DNA of 64,000 nucleotides from Chrysomallon squamiferum (GCA_012295275.1 CM022678.1:1860001-1924000), one strand, 5' to 3'. Shown: positions 46,367-59,886, counted from the first letter of the stretch. Program-made: numbers and translations. The notes: a model not told the origin generated them from the letters alone.

Positions 46367-49300
46367 ATGGATTTCAGAAAGATTTCACTCGTGTTTTTGT
46401 TTTGTTTTGCGATGTTTACTAACTGTACAGGTAAGTGTTTTATTTACTTTTGTGCAAAAATAACCACATCGTTTAATAATAACAATTTATTTCAAAATAT
46501 AAACCATTTCTAATATTTCTTACGTGATTCAGATTTCACTATTTCTCTCTTTTGAATCTTTCCATGTTTTTATAAACGAATGCACATTAACTTATCTCAA
46601 GCAAATCTAATTTCCAGAAGCGATTTAAAAGTTTCATGTTAGATTTGAAAAGAAAATAGTAAGAAATGTCTGTTTTCTTATAAGGGATATTTTATCATCA
46701 TCAATGTCATCATCATCATCATCATTATTATTTTTTTACTTTTTTTTTTTTTTTTTAATACATTATATCGGCCCAAGAATATGAAGAAATTATTATAAAC
46801 TGTTTAATAACTGTTTTTGTAATTGGTACAAAGTGCATACTATTTGTGTATGGGTATATATTCTTACTTACAAACAACGTAACAGAAGAAGAAGAATTAG
46901 ACTGGCTGATTAAAAATGCAGGGTAGACAAGTTTTAACAAAGGGACGGACACCCTCTGTCTCTACCAGGGAGGGTTACCCTCTAAAAATATTACCCTCAC
47001 CTGACCCCTACAATGTTTAGTCCTCACCACTTACTATTTATGACGTCACATGAAGATAGACTGAAATATTTAAGATCTCAACTGATGTTTTTATTTTGAC
47101 ACAGGTTTCTCTGTACAAATGACATCTTCAGCGAGTAAAGTGGAAAGAGGCAATTCAGTCACCTTTAACATCATCGTGGACAACATCGAGAATCCCAGTG
47201 ATTCTATATCTATTTATGTGAATTTGCTAGCTAATAAAGCGAATGTGCACTTGGTAAGCAATGGACCGTATACTGTCAACAACGTGGTTCACTTTAGTCA
47301 GTCTTCATCCGGTTGTTCTGTGTATTCTTATGGTAGCTACATGCCAATCAAAATAAACGCATCCTGTGGATCAGGGACAAAGGACACGTCTAGAGTTAAG
47401 CAATATACAGTTGTCATGACAACCGCTGCCTTGCCTCATTTAACCGAATTTTATTGCCAGACAGCACGTAACGACAGAAAATATTCCAGCAATTTTATGA
47501 CTGTTACCACAACACGTACGTACCAAATATTTATTGTGTAAATAATCGCTTTTATTATTTTAATTATTTTTATTTTATATTATTTTTGCTGTGCTGGTTC
47601 GATAAAACTAAAAGTTATATTACACACAGAAATACACACATACACGCACACACACATAAATATAAATTTATGCAGAATTAGCAAAACAGACGTGTAATTA
47701 TTTAACCCTGATTTCAGACAAAGTCGACTGCTGTGAGTTGTCTGTATCTGAGGGTGGGGATTTGCTGACGGTGGTGGAGGGAAAGAGATATGACGGTTTT
47801 ACCTGCAAAGTTGGAGGGGCGAGTCCAGAACCAGAAACAAAACTGAAAGTGAACGAGACAGATCTCAGATTTACAATTCGAAACTTAGTGACAAGTTCTG
47901 AAACTGGTAGGACTCTTTGTAGTCCTCTCAAATATGAAATATTCTCACCAAAAACTGAGGTTTCCTTCGCCTACATTCCTGAGAGAAGTCATCACAACAA
48001 GGAGATTTACTGTTCAGCCAGAAACAGTGAAATGAGAACTGGCGAAGAAGTGAAATCTAACAGAATACGTCTAGTTGTTCAGTGTGAGTCTAATTAATAG
48101 GTACAAACACATGCACTCAAACACACACATACACACGTATCTAAAACCACATACACATATATCTAAACACACATACACACATACACACATATCTAAACAC
48201 ACATACACATTTATGCATAATTACTGATATACAAAGAGGTCGATGTACATGCGGCTGCTGACCACAGGCATGATAATTTTAATTGTTCGTAATCCAGTCG
48301 CTAAAGATAATCACTATTTTAACTATAGATGGTCCAATCACTAATAGATATGGTCTAGTCACTAAAGATAACCACTATTTTAATTGTAGGTGGTCCAATC
48401 ACTATAGAAAATCACTGTTTTAACTGTAGTGGTCCAATCACTAAAGAAAATCACTATTTTAAATGCTGACGGTCAAATCACTAAATATAATCATTATCTT
48501 AACCGTAGAGGGACCAGTCGTTAAAGGCAATCACTGTTTTTACTACACATAGTCAAGTCACTAAAGATAATCACTACTTTAACTGATGATGGGCCAGTCA
48601 CTTAAGATAGTAACTATGTTAACCATCGATGGTCAGGTCACTAAAAAAAATCACCGTTTTAACTGTAGATGGTCCAGTCACTAAAGAAAATGAGTATTTT
48701 AACTGTAGATGGTCCAGTTGATGAAGAGACATCTCTGAAGCCTGATAAAACAACTCACACTCTTACCGAGTTTGGATCTTTACGTGTTTCGTGTGTAGCC
48801 GACTGCAGACCCGGATGTACGTACACGTGGTCGTTCTTGGACCACGACTTTGCAGCTGGAGAGAACTTGAGTCTTTCTGACGTCACACAACAACAATCAG
48901 GATACTACAAGTGTACCGCGAGAAATCCAGCAACTGGAGCAAAAGTGGAGAAATTCTTCAGACTAAACGTAGTCAGTGAGTTATCTTACATCAAACTTTT
49001 ACTTATCTGGGGTGGGTTTTTTTTGGGGGGGGGGCTTTTGTTTTGTTTTATTTGATCATTTCTTTCTTTCTTTCTTTCTTTCTTTCTATTTTTTATTATA
49101 ATAATTGGTATTATATTTAGAAGTAGATATTTTACTTTATAAAGTAAAAAATGTAAAATTGTTAGGAATGTTTGTCCGTGTGTGTGTGTTTAGGAACGAA
49201 AATTCTGTTGTCTTATGTACTTCTGATTTAGGGAACACAGTGCCACAGGATGACGAAAGAAGGTCACGACCTCACAAACGTCATATGCCACTGATGACGT

Positions 49301-50135
49301 GGTCACCTTGACAACCTTGTATACATGTCTGTCTGTTCGTGAAAACCTGTACATGTCTCTGTGTAGAAATGAAGGGGCGTTTCTCTGTCTGCTTAAATAG
49401 GAAATAAATACACATACATTTCTTTCTTTTTTTGACTTAGCAAATGGAAAACTCTCAGTCTGGGCTGCTGTTGGAGTAGGTGCATCATGCGGTGTTGTTG
49501 TTACCTGTTTTGTTGTTGCTGTTGTCATTTGTATCATCAGAAAACGAAGAGAATCAGCAAAGGGTAAATAATAAATTGTTGTTTTAGACTGGCAAAGTGA
49601 ATGAAAGAAATAACAGAGTAGTAGCAGTAAAATACAAAACAAACAAACACATAAACAAACAAACAAACAAATAGAAAAATTAATTAACTGATTCATTTAC
49701 GTAAGTTCTAGTGCTTTGTTTATTTTCAGGGAAATACCCAAATTCAACAGATGAAATGTAAGTTATATTTTATTCTATTTTATTTTATTTATTTATTTAT
49801 ATTATTATTATTTTTTTATTTTTTTTTCATATACCATCTGTTTCAAGAATAATCTTTTACATTTTTACACAATCAAAAGATAAATAGATTAAAATAAATG
49901 AGAAAGTTTTCGGTAGTTCCTTCGACGTCCGCTTCAGGCAGTTCAATACAGAAATGATTTTCGATCAGGATAATTAAAAAATGTTTGAAATTTGATAATT
50001 TCAATCTTGATTTTATAGTTATTTTATCATTATCTGCATTTTGTAAAAACGTTTTATTTTGATCCTTATTTTATTTTAATTATAATTTCATATTTTGTTT
50101 GTTCTTTCATTAGATATGACAATGCAGCTTATTAG
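46367..50135 (+). CDS. Ig-superfamily type I membrane receptor copy D (SP, variable D1, Ig2, Ig3, TM, short Tyr tail)
   Basis: Exons 46367-46430, 47105-47515, 47718-48083, 48709-48975, 49441-49563, 49730-49757 and 50114-50135 (IYDNAAY*), all GT-AG and in frame. Ig signatures FTC...IYCSARN and [14 protein letters not shown]...[39 protein letters not shown] followed by RKRR. The terminal exon 50384-50436 (EDLYEDLHQE*) lies after the stop. Confidence 0.85.
48290..48708 (+). repeat. 40-bp splice-acceptor tandem array, copy D intron 3 (~10 diverged units)
   Basis: Repeated CACTAAAGA.AATCACT.TTTTAACTGTAGATGGTCCA units ending at the Ig3 acceptor (48708). Confidence 0.85.
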
Positions 50136-50176
50136 AATTGTAGTGAGTATTCATTTATTATTTTCCTTTTCTGCGA

Positions 50177-50262
<86 letters not shown>

Positions 50263-50887
50263 TAATAATAAATAAATAAATAAATAAATATATTAACTTT
50301 CTTTCTTTATTTTTTCTTTTTTTTTCTTTTTTATTGATTGGTTTTATTTTATTTTATTTTATTTTTTGTTTTGATTAATCTAGGTCCAGGAAATGTAAAC
50401 CCTGAAGACCTGTATGAAGATCTACATCAGGAATAAGAGCAATATACTCAACCACTTCTACTACTACTACCACTACTACTCCTAAGACTACTATAGTACA
50501 AACAACAGTACTACTACTACTACTACTCTAGTAACGACAATACTAGAACTAAGTAACTATAATAGTAACTAATGTACTACTACGACTACTACAACTACTA
50601 TTACTACTGCTCTGCTGTTGCTTGTGATGTTCACACATTTATTTTTTGTTTCTTTTAGTTAATATTTCTCTTATATTGTTAATTGTTTGCTAGATTAGAA
50701 AGAGATATATATTTTTATACTGATTTGTAGTTTTGTACATGTTAATATACAGACTTTTTTGTGATAAAGATTTTGTTCTGTAGTAGTTCATGAGGACGTT
50801 TTTCCCTTTTGTAATGTGAGTTTTAATCTGACAAGCTTTCAGAATTTTTTCTTCATGTTGTTCCCTCTATTATTATTATTGTTGTTG

Positions 50888-50934
<47 letters not shown>

Positions 50935-51402
50935 GTTATTATTATTATTATTATTATTATAAACTTTTATACTTAGATGCTTGCTAACTTCTTTCTTTCA
51001 GTTAATTTGATATATAAATTTTATATGATGTAAGGTTTTGTATTAAATAAAAATAATTTGAATAGTTATTTATGTTTGTTTCTTTTATAACACAAATTCG
51101 TTTCAGTTGCTTGTTGAAGTGATAAAATCTGCCTTACTATACTATTTAAATGATCCATATTTTTATACAAGAAGCTATATTTTTATTTTATTTTCTGGAG
51201 GATTATTTTCTTGAAATTTGAAATTAAAATAATCACCCTAAAACAAACTACTATTACGTTTTAAATGTTATCTTCTATAAATAGCTCGTAAAGAAATTAG
51301 ATTTTTTTTCTCTACGTAGTTTGGAAGCGGAAATATTCTGAGATCTCAAGTTCTCGTCAATTACATTTCCGTTATAACTGAACAGGAGTGGAAAAGTGAA
51401 AA

Positions 51403-51701
51403 GAGAAATACGCCCGCAGCCTTTCCGTACCCTAAACAACACAAAGCCAGTTTCCGCAGACACGCACGCGGTAAGCGGCATACGTAATCAGGTACTGTCA
51501 ACATTACACGAGATAATACGGATGCGTTATGCGGTATAAGGAATGAGTAAACAGCTTGTTAATAGCTTGAGAAATACGCCCGCAGCCTTTCAGTACCCTA
51601 AACAACACAAAGCCAGTTTCCGCAGACACGCACGCGGTACGCGGCATATGTAATCAGGTACTGTCAACGTTACACGAGATAATACGGATGCGTTCTGCGG
51701 T
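51403..51701. repeat. Direct duplication of a ~135-bp CpG-rich segment
   Basis: GAGAAATACGCCCGCAGCCTTT...GGATGCGTT.TGCGGT at 51403-51535 and 51569-51701. Confidence 0.85.
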
Positions 51702-51906
51702 CTGCTGTACAACCAATGAGTAAACCGCTACTACATCTTTTGTTACAGTGGAATTAGAATTAACTCAATATATCCACCAACAGGGTTTGATACAATAACC
51801 CACCAGACTTGACTGGATGCTCTCCCACTCACTTTATGTATAAATATATTTGTTATGTGTGTGTGTTTCTGTCTGCAGAGTAACTTCATCTCTGAAAATT
51901 AAAATA

Positions 51907-52648
51907 CAGTGGCGCCTTGACTTACGAATTTAAATCGTTCCATGACCGAGCTCGTAATTCAGTCTGCTCGTATACCAAATTAATTTCCCCAAATGAAATT
52001 AGTTGAAATCCCATAAATCCGTTCCAGCCGCCAGAAAAACCACCCCAATTTTTTTGTAACGTGTTTTTAAATAAGAAAAACTTATGTTTAAATGACAAAT
52101 ATTGCATAGAATCACTAAATAAAAGAGAATGTAAGAAATAAATTGGTTTTGTAAAGTGTACACGGTCCATTTTTTCATGGACAGAGGTTCGTAGCTTTTA
52201 ACGCCTTTGTCTGGAGTTACAGCCTTTATCGATTCCTTCTGCTTCAGTGTGGTAATTATTGCAAACGTACTACGCTCGTACCGCCTAACCATGTTAACTA
52301 TATGCACACTCGGTCATCTTTTTCAATGGACATCATCCGCTTCTTCTTCTAAGCACTCCCCTTTGCACTCATTTTCTTAGGGTCAGTGGAAATTTGGCAA
52401 AATACTGCAGAAAACACGAGCAGAACACAACAGAGACGTTTCCACGGCGAGGTAAGCACGTGAAGTAAACGAGCGAGACGCGGGGTGCTGGGCGGATGTT
52501 GTGTTGTCCGTTGCGCAAACTAGCAGCGGTGTATTTGAAGCTCGCTCGTAACTCGGATTTTGGCTCGCACCTCAAAACAAAAACGCGACTGGGCGACTGC
52601 TCGTAACTCTGAAAAATCATAAGTTGCAGCACTCGTAAGGTAGCACTG
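51907..52648 (-). mobile_element. Non-autonomous Tigger/pogo (Tc1-mariner superfamily) DNA transposon, internally deleted
   Basis: TA|CAGTGGCGCCTTGACTTACGA at the left and TCGTAAGGTAGCACTG|TA at the right (imperfect TIRs, TA target site). The minus strand carries a disrupted CENP-B-type HTH N-terminus: KKKRMMSIE...MVRRYERSTFAIITTLKQKESIKAVTPDKGVK. Confidence 0.75.
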
Positions 52649-53551
52649 TAATCAGAATAGTTTTTCATACATAACTACCAAAATCGTAGTCAGGACCCAT
52701 ATAATTAAATCTTGGTAGTTTTATTAATGTTGTCTTTATTGATATTATGTGATAAATAAATAAATAAATCTGAAATAATGCTTACAATATTAATAATATT
52801 GATAATGATAATTGTTCTTGTTCTTGAATTAAAAAAAGTTGAACACTAACATTTCTCTTTTATCTGTATGTAAAAAAATCCTTCATCAGGTAAACAATCT
52901 TTTCTTTCATTTTAAAATCTGAGACCAACATTTTAAACAGCTTGTGAAAATTGATATGACTTCATAAATAACTACAAAAAACTTAGTCAGGACCCATGTA
53001 ATTCAGTCTTGGTAGTTTTAGTAATGTTGTCTTTTATTTATTTTTTTTTATTTTTTATTTTTTTATTTTCTTTTATTTTTTTTTTTTTTTTTTTTGGTAT
53101 AACGTTATAATAATAATAATAATAGCATCAAACTATAATAATTATAAAAACATCAACAACTATAATAGTAATGAAAATAATAACAATAATAACAACATAA
53201 TAAACAGAGCTGTATCTTCCTGGTTCAAATCACGCTGTTTTCGTGTCACTGGAATCAGGTTGATGTTTTGTATTCAGCTTTTTAAAGAAGACGAAGACGA
53301 AATCCAATACTACTGGGTCAAAACCTCGCGAATGTTTTACACAATGAAGATTAAATGTTACAAAAATAGTGGCAAGATTTTATCTTGTTACGTTGTCGCT
53401 TCATTTTCTAAACACCATCATTATATGTGAGGTATTTGTTAAAATTAAATAAATGTAAAATAATGATGATAATGAAGAAGACGATGTTAATAATAAAAAT
53501 AATAATTATTGTTGTTATTTTTGCTGATTTTTTAAAAGATTTCTTTTATAC

Positions 53552-53585
<34 letters not shown>

Positions 53586-53923
53586 GTATAGATAGACAGA
53601 TAGATAGATAGATAGATGTATACATATATAAAAATGTTTAAACAGCTTGTGAAAATTGATATGACTTCAAAATCTTTTCTGATACCCTGTCCCCTGCACC
53701 CCAGACTGTTCTTCTTGTTCAGAGAAATACAGCGTACTGCACGGTTCAGTGAACGCACGTTTGTTGTTACTTGCTGAAAGCTTACATTGTGAGACAAAAA
53801 CGTAAATCAGAACCAAACAAGAAGTCAGTGAAACAGCAGTCACACCACAGTCCATTATCAAAACACCACGTAAATACAAATCTGAGCTATTTTACTTATC
53901 TGACGATTACAGAGATTTGGTCA

Positions 53924-54357
53924 ATGGATTTCAGAAAGTTTTCACTCGTGTTTTTGTTTTGTTTAACGATGTTTACTAGCTGTACAGGTAAGTGTTTTAT
54001 TTACTTGTGTGTACAATAACGACATAGTTTAATAGTCAGAATTTATTTCAAAATATTGACTAGTTCTAACATTTCTTACATGATTCAGATTTCACTATTT
54101 CTGTCTTCTAAATGTTTTTATGATTTTATTTGGCTGTTTTGCTCCTTTGTCTATCTTTTCACTCTCTGTCTATACACAAATGCACACTAACATGCGCACG
54201 CACACATACATACATATCTCAAGCAAATATAATTTTCAGAAGCGATTTAAAAGTTTCGTGTTAGATTTGAAAAGAAAATAGTAAGAAAAGTCTGTTTTCT
54301 TATAAAGGATATTTTATCATCATCAATGTCATCATCATCATCATCATTATTATTATG

Positions 54358-54415
<58 letters not shown>

Positions 54416-55352
54416 CGGCCCAAGAATATGAAAAAATTATTATAAACTGCTTATTAACTGTTTTTGTAATTTGTATAAAGTACATACTATTTCTATATGG
54501 GTATATATTTTTCTAATAAATAACGTAGCTGAAGAAGAATTAGACTGGCTGATTAAAAATGCAGGGTAGACAAGTTTTAACAAAGGGACGGACACCCTCT
54601 GTCTCTACCAGGGAGGGTTACCCTCTAAAATTATTACCCTCACCTGACGCCTACATTGTTTAGTTCTCACCACTTACTATTTATGACGTCACATGAAGAT
54701 AGACTGAAATATTTAATATCTCAACTGATGTTTTTATTTTGACACAGGTTTGTCTGTACAAATGAGATTTTCGGCGAGTAAAGTTGAAAGAGGACAGTCA
54801 ATTACGTTTAACATAACAGTGGAGAACATGGAGAACCCCAGTGAATCACTAAATATTGGTGTGTATTTCCTAACTAATCAAGAGAATGTGCATTTGGTAA
54901 GCAATCTACCGTACAGGAGCAACGGTGTGGTTCACTTTAATCAGTATTCCACAGGTTGTTCTGTGTATACAAATAATGGTGATACCCCAGTCAAAATAAG
55001 CGCATACTGTGGATCAGGGACAAAGGACACATCTAGAGTTAAAGAATACACAGCTGTCATGACAACCGCTGCGCTGCCTCATTTGACAGCCTTTGTTTGC
55101 CAGACACAACATGACGGTAGAGAATATTCCAGCAATATTATGACTCTTACCACAACACGTACGTACCAAATATTTATTTTGTAAATAATCATTTTAATTA
55201 TTGTGATTATGTTTTATTTATTTTTATTTTTACTTCTTTTTTTTTTTTCTTTTTTTAATTTGCTGTGCTGGTAACCTTCGATAAAACTAAAACTGATATT
55301 ACACACATAAACATATAGCCAGAGATACACACACACGAATACATATATATGC

Positions 55353-55399
<47 letters not shown>

Positions 55400-57334
55400 C
55401 ATTTATACACACATATGCAGACAGATATACACACACACAAACTTCGTGCAATTATTTAATCCTGATTTCAGACAAAGTCGACTGCTGTGTGTTGTCTGTA
55501 TCTGAGGGTGGGGATTTGCTGACGGTGGTGGAGGGAAAGAGATATGACGGTTTTACCTGCAAAGTTGGAGGAGCGAGTCCAGAACCAGAAACAAAACTGA
55601 AAATGAACGAGACAGATCTGAAAGTTACAACACGAAAATCAGTGACAAGTTCTGAGATTGGTAGGACTCTTTGTAGTCCTCTCAAACATGAAATATTCTC
55701 ACCAAAAACTGAGGTTTCCTTCACCTACATTCCTGAGAGAAGTCATCACAACAAGGAAATTTACTGTTCAGCCAGAAACAGTGAAATGAGAACTGACGAA
55801 GAAGTAAAATCTAACAGAATACGTCTAGTTGTTCATTGTGAGTCTGATTAGTAATATATAGGAACACACACAAACACACATACGTACAAACACACATAAA
55901 CACATTTATGGATAATTACAGACATATAGAGGTCGATGTACATGCTCCAATTAACAATCAGTATTTTAACCGTTAATGGTCCAATCACTTTAGAAAATCA
56001 CTATTTTAGCTGTTGATGGTCAAGTCACTAAAGATAATCACTATTTTCACTGCAGATAGTAATGTTTCTCATTATACGATTTTATCTGTAGATGGTCCGG
56101 TTACCAAAGAGAATCACAATTCTTGGTGTGCCTGGCCAGGTTTCTTAAGAAAATCACGTTTAAAATGTTGATGGTCCAGCCCGTAAACATATTTACTGTT
56201 TTAACTACGCATGGTCAAGTCACTAAAGATAATCACTATTTTAACTGTAGATGGACCAGTTGATGAAGAGACATCTCTGAAACCTGATAAAACAACTCAC
56301 ACTCTTACCGAGTTTGGATCTTTACGTGTTTCGTGTGTAGCTGACTGCAGACCCGGATGTACGTACACGTGGTCGTTCTTGGACCACGACTTTGCAGCTG
56401 GAGAGAACTTGAGTCTTTCTGACGTCACACAACAACAATCAGGATACTACAAGTGTACCGCGAGAAATCCAGCAACTGGAGCAAAAGTGGAGAAATTCTT
56501 CAGAATAAACGTATTCAGTGAGTTATCTTAAATCAAAATGTTAGTTATATATTTGTTTGTTTGTTTGATCCTTTCTTTGTTTCTTTCTGTTTGTTTGTTT
56601 GTTCCTTGTTTCTTTCTTTCTTTAGATTTTATTTTTGTTATGATTGGTATAATTTTTGATTTAGTTATTTTACTTTATAAGAAATAAAATGTAAAACCTT
56701 TAGGAATGTGTGTGTTTATGCGTTCGTGCGTGCACGTGTGAGGTTAGGAACGAAATTTCTGTTGTCCTATGAACATCTGATTACACTCTGGCACAGTAGG
56801 ACGAAGTCCGGTCACGAACTCACAAACGTCAGATACCACTGATGATATGGTTACCTTGGTAACCCCATATATGTCAGTCTGTACGAATTGCTTGTATATG
56901 TGTGTAGAAATGAAGGCACTTTAGTCTGTGTGTGTTGAACTTATAAAATCATTTTATATTTTTATTTTAACTTAGCAAATGGAGAACTCTCATTCTGGGC
57001 TGCTGTTGGAGTAGGTGCATCATGCGGTGCCGTGGTGACCTGTTTTGTTGTTGTCGTTGTCGTTTGTATCATAAGAAAACGAAGAAAATCAGCAAAGGGT
57101 ACATAATAAATTGTTGTTATAGATTGGCAAAGTGAATAAAAGTAAAAACAATAAAACAGTAGTAGTAGTAAAGTACAAAAGAAAAAAAAAGAAAAAGAAA
57201 CAAATAGAAAAGTTAATTAACTAAAAATTTTTACATAACTTCTACTACTTTTTTTCAGTGAAATCCCCAAGTTCAACAGATGAAATGTAAGATGTAAGAT
57301 ATATTTTAATTTATTCTACTCAATACAATTTATT

Positions 57335-57381
<47 letters not shown>

Positions 57382-57614
57382 AAGATGGATGTGTTTCATG
57401 AATAATTTTTTGATATCAAAGAACAAAACACAAACAGAATCAAATAAATCACAAATAAACCTCATGCGAGTTCGAAATTTAATAAAAATTTTATCTTTTA
57501 AGTATTTTGTAAAAATGTTTTTTTTTAATTATTTTAATTATTATTATTTTTTTTTTTATATTTATGCGTATTTTTTTCTTCTTCATTAGATATGAAAACA
57601 ACTTTTCCGAATAG
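53924..57614 (+). CDS. Ig-superfamily type I membrane receptor copy E
   Basis: Exons 53924-53987, 54748-55158, 55472-55837, 56251-56517, 56976-57098, 57259-57286 and 57590-57614 (IYENNFSE*; this exon is 27 nt versus 29 nt in paralogues). The terminal exon 57959-58011 (EEQYEDLHQK*) is intact but lies after the stop. Confidence 0.85.
55955..56250 (+). repeat. Degenerate 40-bp acceptor array, copy E intron 3
   Basis: ~7 diverged units upstream of the Ig3 acceptor (56250). Confidence 0.7.
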
Positions 57615-57650
57615 TAGTGAGTGTTCATTGTTTGTTTTCGTTTTCTGAGA

Positions 57651-57721
<71 letters not shown>

Positions 57722-57723
<2 letters not shown>

Positions 57724-57828
57724 TAAAATAAATTAATGAATAAATAAATGTAGTTTTGTTTTATTTGATTATATATATATATATATAATCAAATAAAACA
57801 AAACTCTACATTTATTTATTCATTAATT

Positions 57829-57838
<10 letters not shown>
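57722..57838. repeat. Near-perfect AT-rich palindrome centred on (TA)n in the last intron of copy E
   Basis: ATAAAATAAATTAATGAATAAATAAATGTAG-TTTTGTTTTATTTGATTATATA...TATATAATCAAATAAAACAAAACT-CTACATTTATTTATTCATTAATTTATTTTAT. Confidence 0.85.
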
Positions 57839-57869
<31 letters not shown>

Positions 57870-58322
57870 TTATTTATTATTTTTATTTTATTTTATTTTA
57901 TTCTATTTTATTTATTTTATTTAATTTTATTTATTTATTTTTATATTTTTTAAACTAGGTCGTGCAAATGTAAACCCTGAAGAACAGTATGAAGACCTAC
58001 ATCAGAAATAAGAACAGCAAATTCAACTGCTACAACTACTACTACTACCATAACAGTAACATCAATATTACTGCTACTACGACTACTATAATAGTAACAA
58101 CTGTTCTACTACGACTGCTACAACAGTAACAACAGTACTATTACTACTGATGTTGATGTTTATGATGTCCCCACATTTATTTTTTGTTTCTTTTAGATAA
58201 TATTTTCCTTGTACATATTAATAAACAGACTTTGTTTATGATAAAGATTTTTTGGGGATAATATTCATATTCTTTTTCTTCATGTTGTTCCCTCTATTAT
58301 TATTATTGTTGTTATTATTATA

Positions 58323-58358
<36 letters not shown>

Positions 58359-58605
58359 TACTATAAACTTTTATACTTGCATTCTTGCTGTCAAAAGTTT
58401 GTTATTTAATGCTTTTGTATCAAATAAAAATAACTTACATAGTTATTTATGTTTGTTTCTTTATAACATAAACTCTTTTCAGTTGCTTGTTACAGTGATA
58501 AAATCTGTCTTGGTATACTCTTTAAATGAGCCATATTTTTATACTTGAAGTGATATTTTTATATATTTTCTTGCATATGGTTATTATATTTTGGTACATT
58601 CTTCA

Positions 58606-58671
<66 letters not shown>

Positions 58672-59173
58672 GGCTATCGACCGTCTCCGAAATCGTTTCA
58701 AAAGTATTTCTTCCTTATTTACCTGTTTTTTATGTTTACAAAAATGTATATGTAAGGTAAACTACAAGGAAAGCGATTTTTTATTTACCAATGCACTGAA
58801 CACATACTATTGACAGTTATAAGTCTTCAGTCGATCTGGACTCAACACACCTCAGCTGTTGTTATACCAGGTGTGGAGCACTTGTTACACAACAGTGTTT
58901 TGAGAAACAAATACATTTTATTATTTATTGAGTAACCTCAAGATGAAACTGAAAATGTCGCGTGCTGAAAGGTGAACACTTTGCTTGGCCAGGTCTGTGC
59001 TTCTGTTTGGAAGTAAATTCATCCCTGAAAATTAAAATAATCAGAACAGTTTTTCATACATAACTACCAAAAGCTCAGTCAGGTAATTCATTCTTGGAAG
59101 TTTCATAAATGTCGTCTTTTCTATTTTTTATTATTATTATTATTTTTTTTTTTTTTTTTTTTTTTTTTATAAA

Positions 59174-59216
<43 letters not shown>

Positions 59217-59851
59217 GTAATAATAATAGTAATAATAATAACAACATAATAAGCAGAGCTGTATCTTCCTGGTTCAAATGACGCTGTTTTCGTGTCACTG
59301 GAATCAGGTTGATGTTTTGTATTCAGCTTGTTAAAGAAGACGAAGACGAAATCCAATACTACTGGGTCAAAACCTCGCGAATATTTTACACAATGAAGAC
59401 TAAATTTCACAAAACTAGTGGCAAGATTTTATCTTATGATTTTGTTACATTATATTGACATCTACACGCACTGTGTATGTTGTGAAGCACGTCTACGACA
59501 GGCGCACCTTCTGACATATAACTAAATCGAGTATTGATAATGCTGCAAGCGAAACTGTTCTAATTTGTTTCTGCATTCGAAAGAGATAATAAAAGTAATA
59601 AAATTAACAAGAATTTGATGATGAAGATAATAATACCAACATTAATAACAATAATAATAATAATAATAATAATAATTAAAATAATCAGAACAGTTTTTCA
59701 TACATAGCTACCAAAAGCTCAGTCAGGTAATTCATTCTTGGAAGTTTCATAAATGTCGTCTTTTCTAAAAAAAAAAAGAAAATGTTTTTAATTTATTTTA
59801 ATTATTTTTTTTATGTAAGATTAAAATAACAATAATAATAATAACAATAAC

Positions 59852-59886
<35 letters not shown>

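Noticed and set aside
55452-55724. Recurrent 90-aa antisense [12 protein letters not shown]… (also at 39254, 42889 and 63048)
   Set aside because: It recurs only because the Ig2 exon on the other strand is conserved; it starts at GTG and crosses the splice site.
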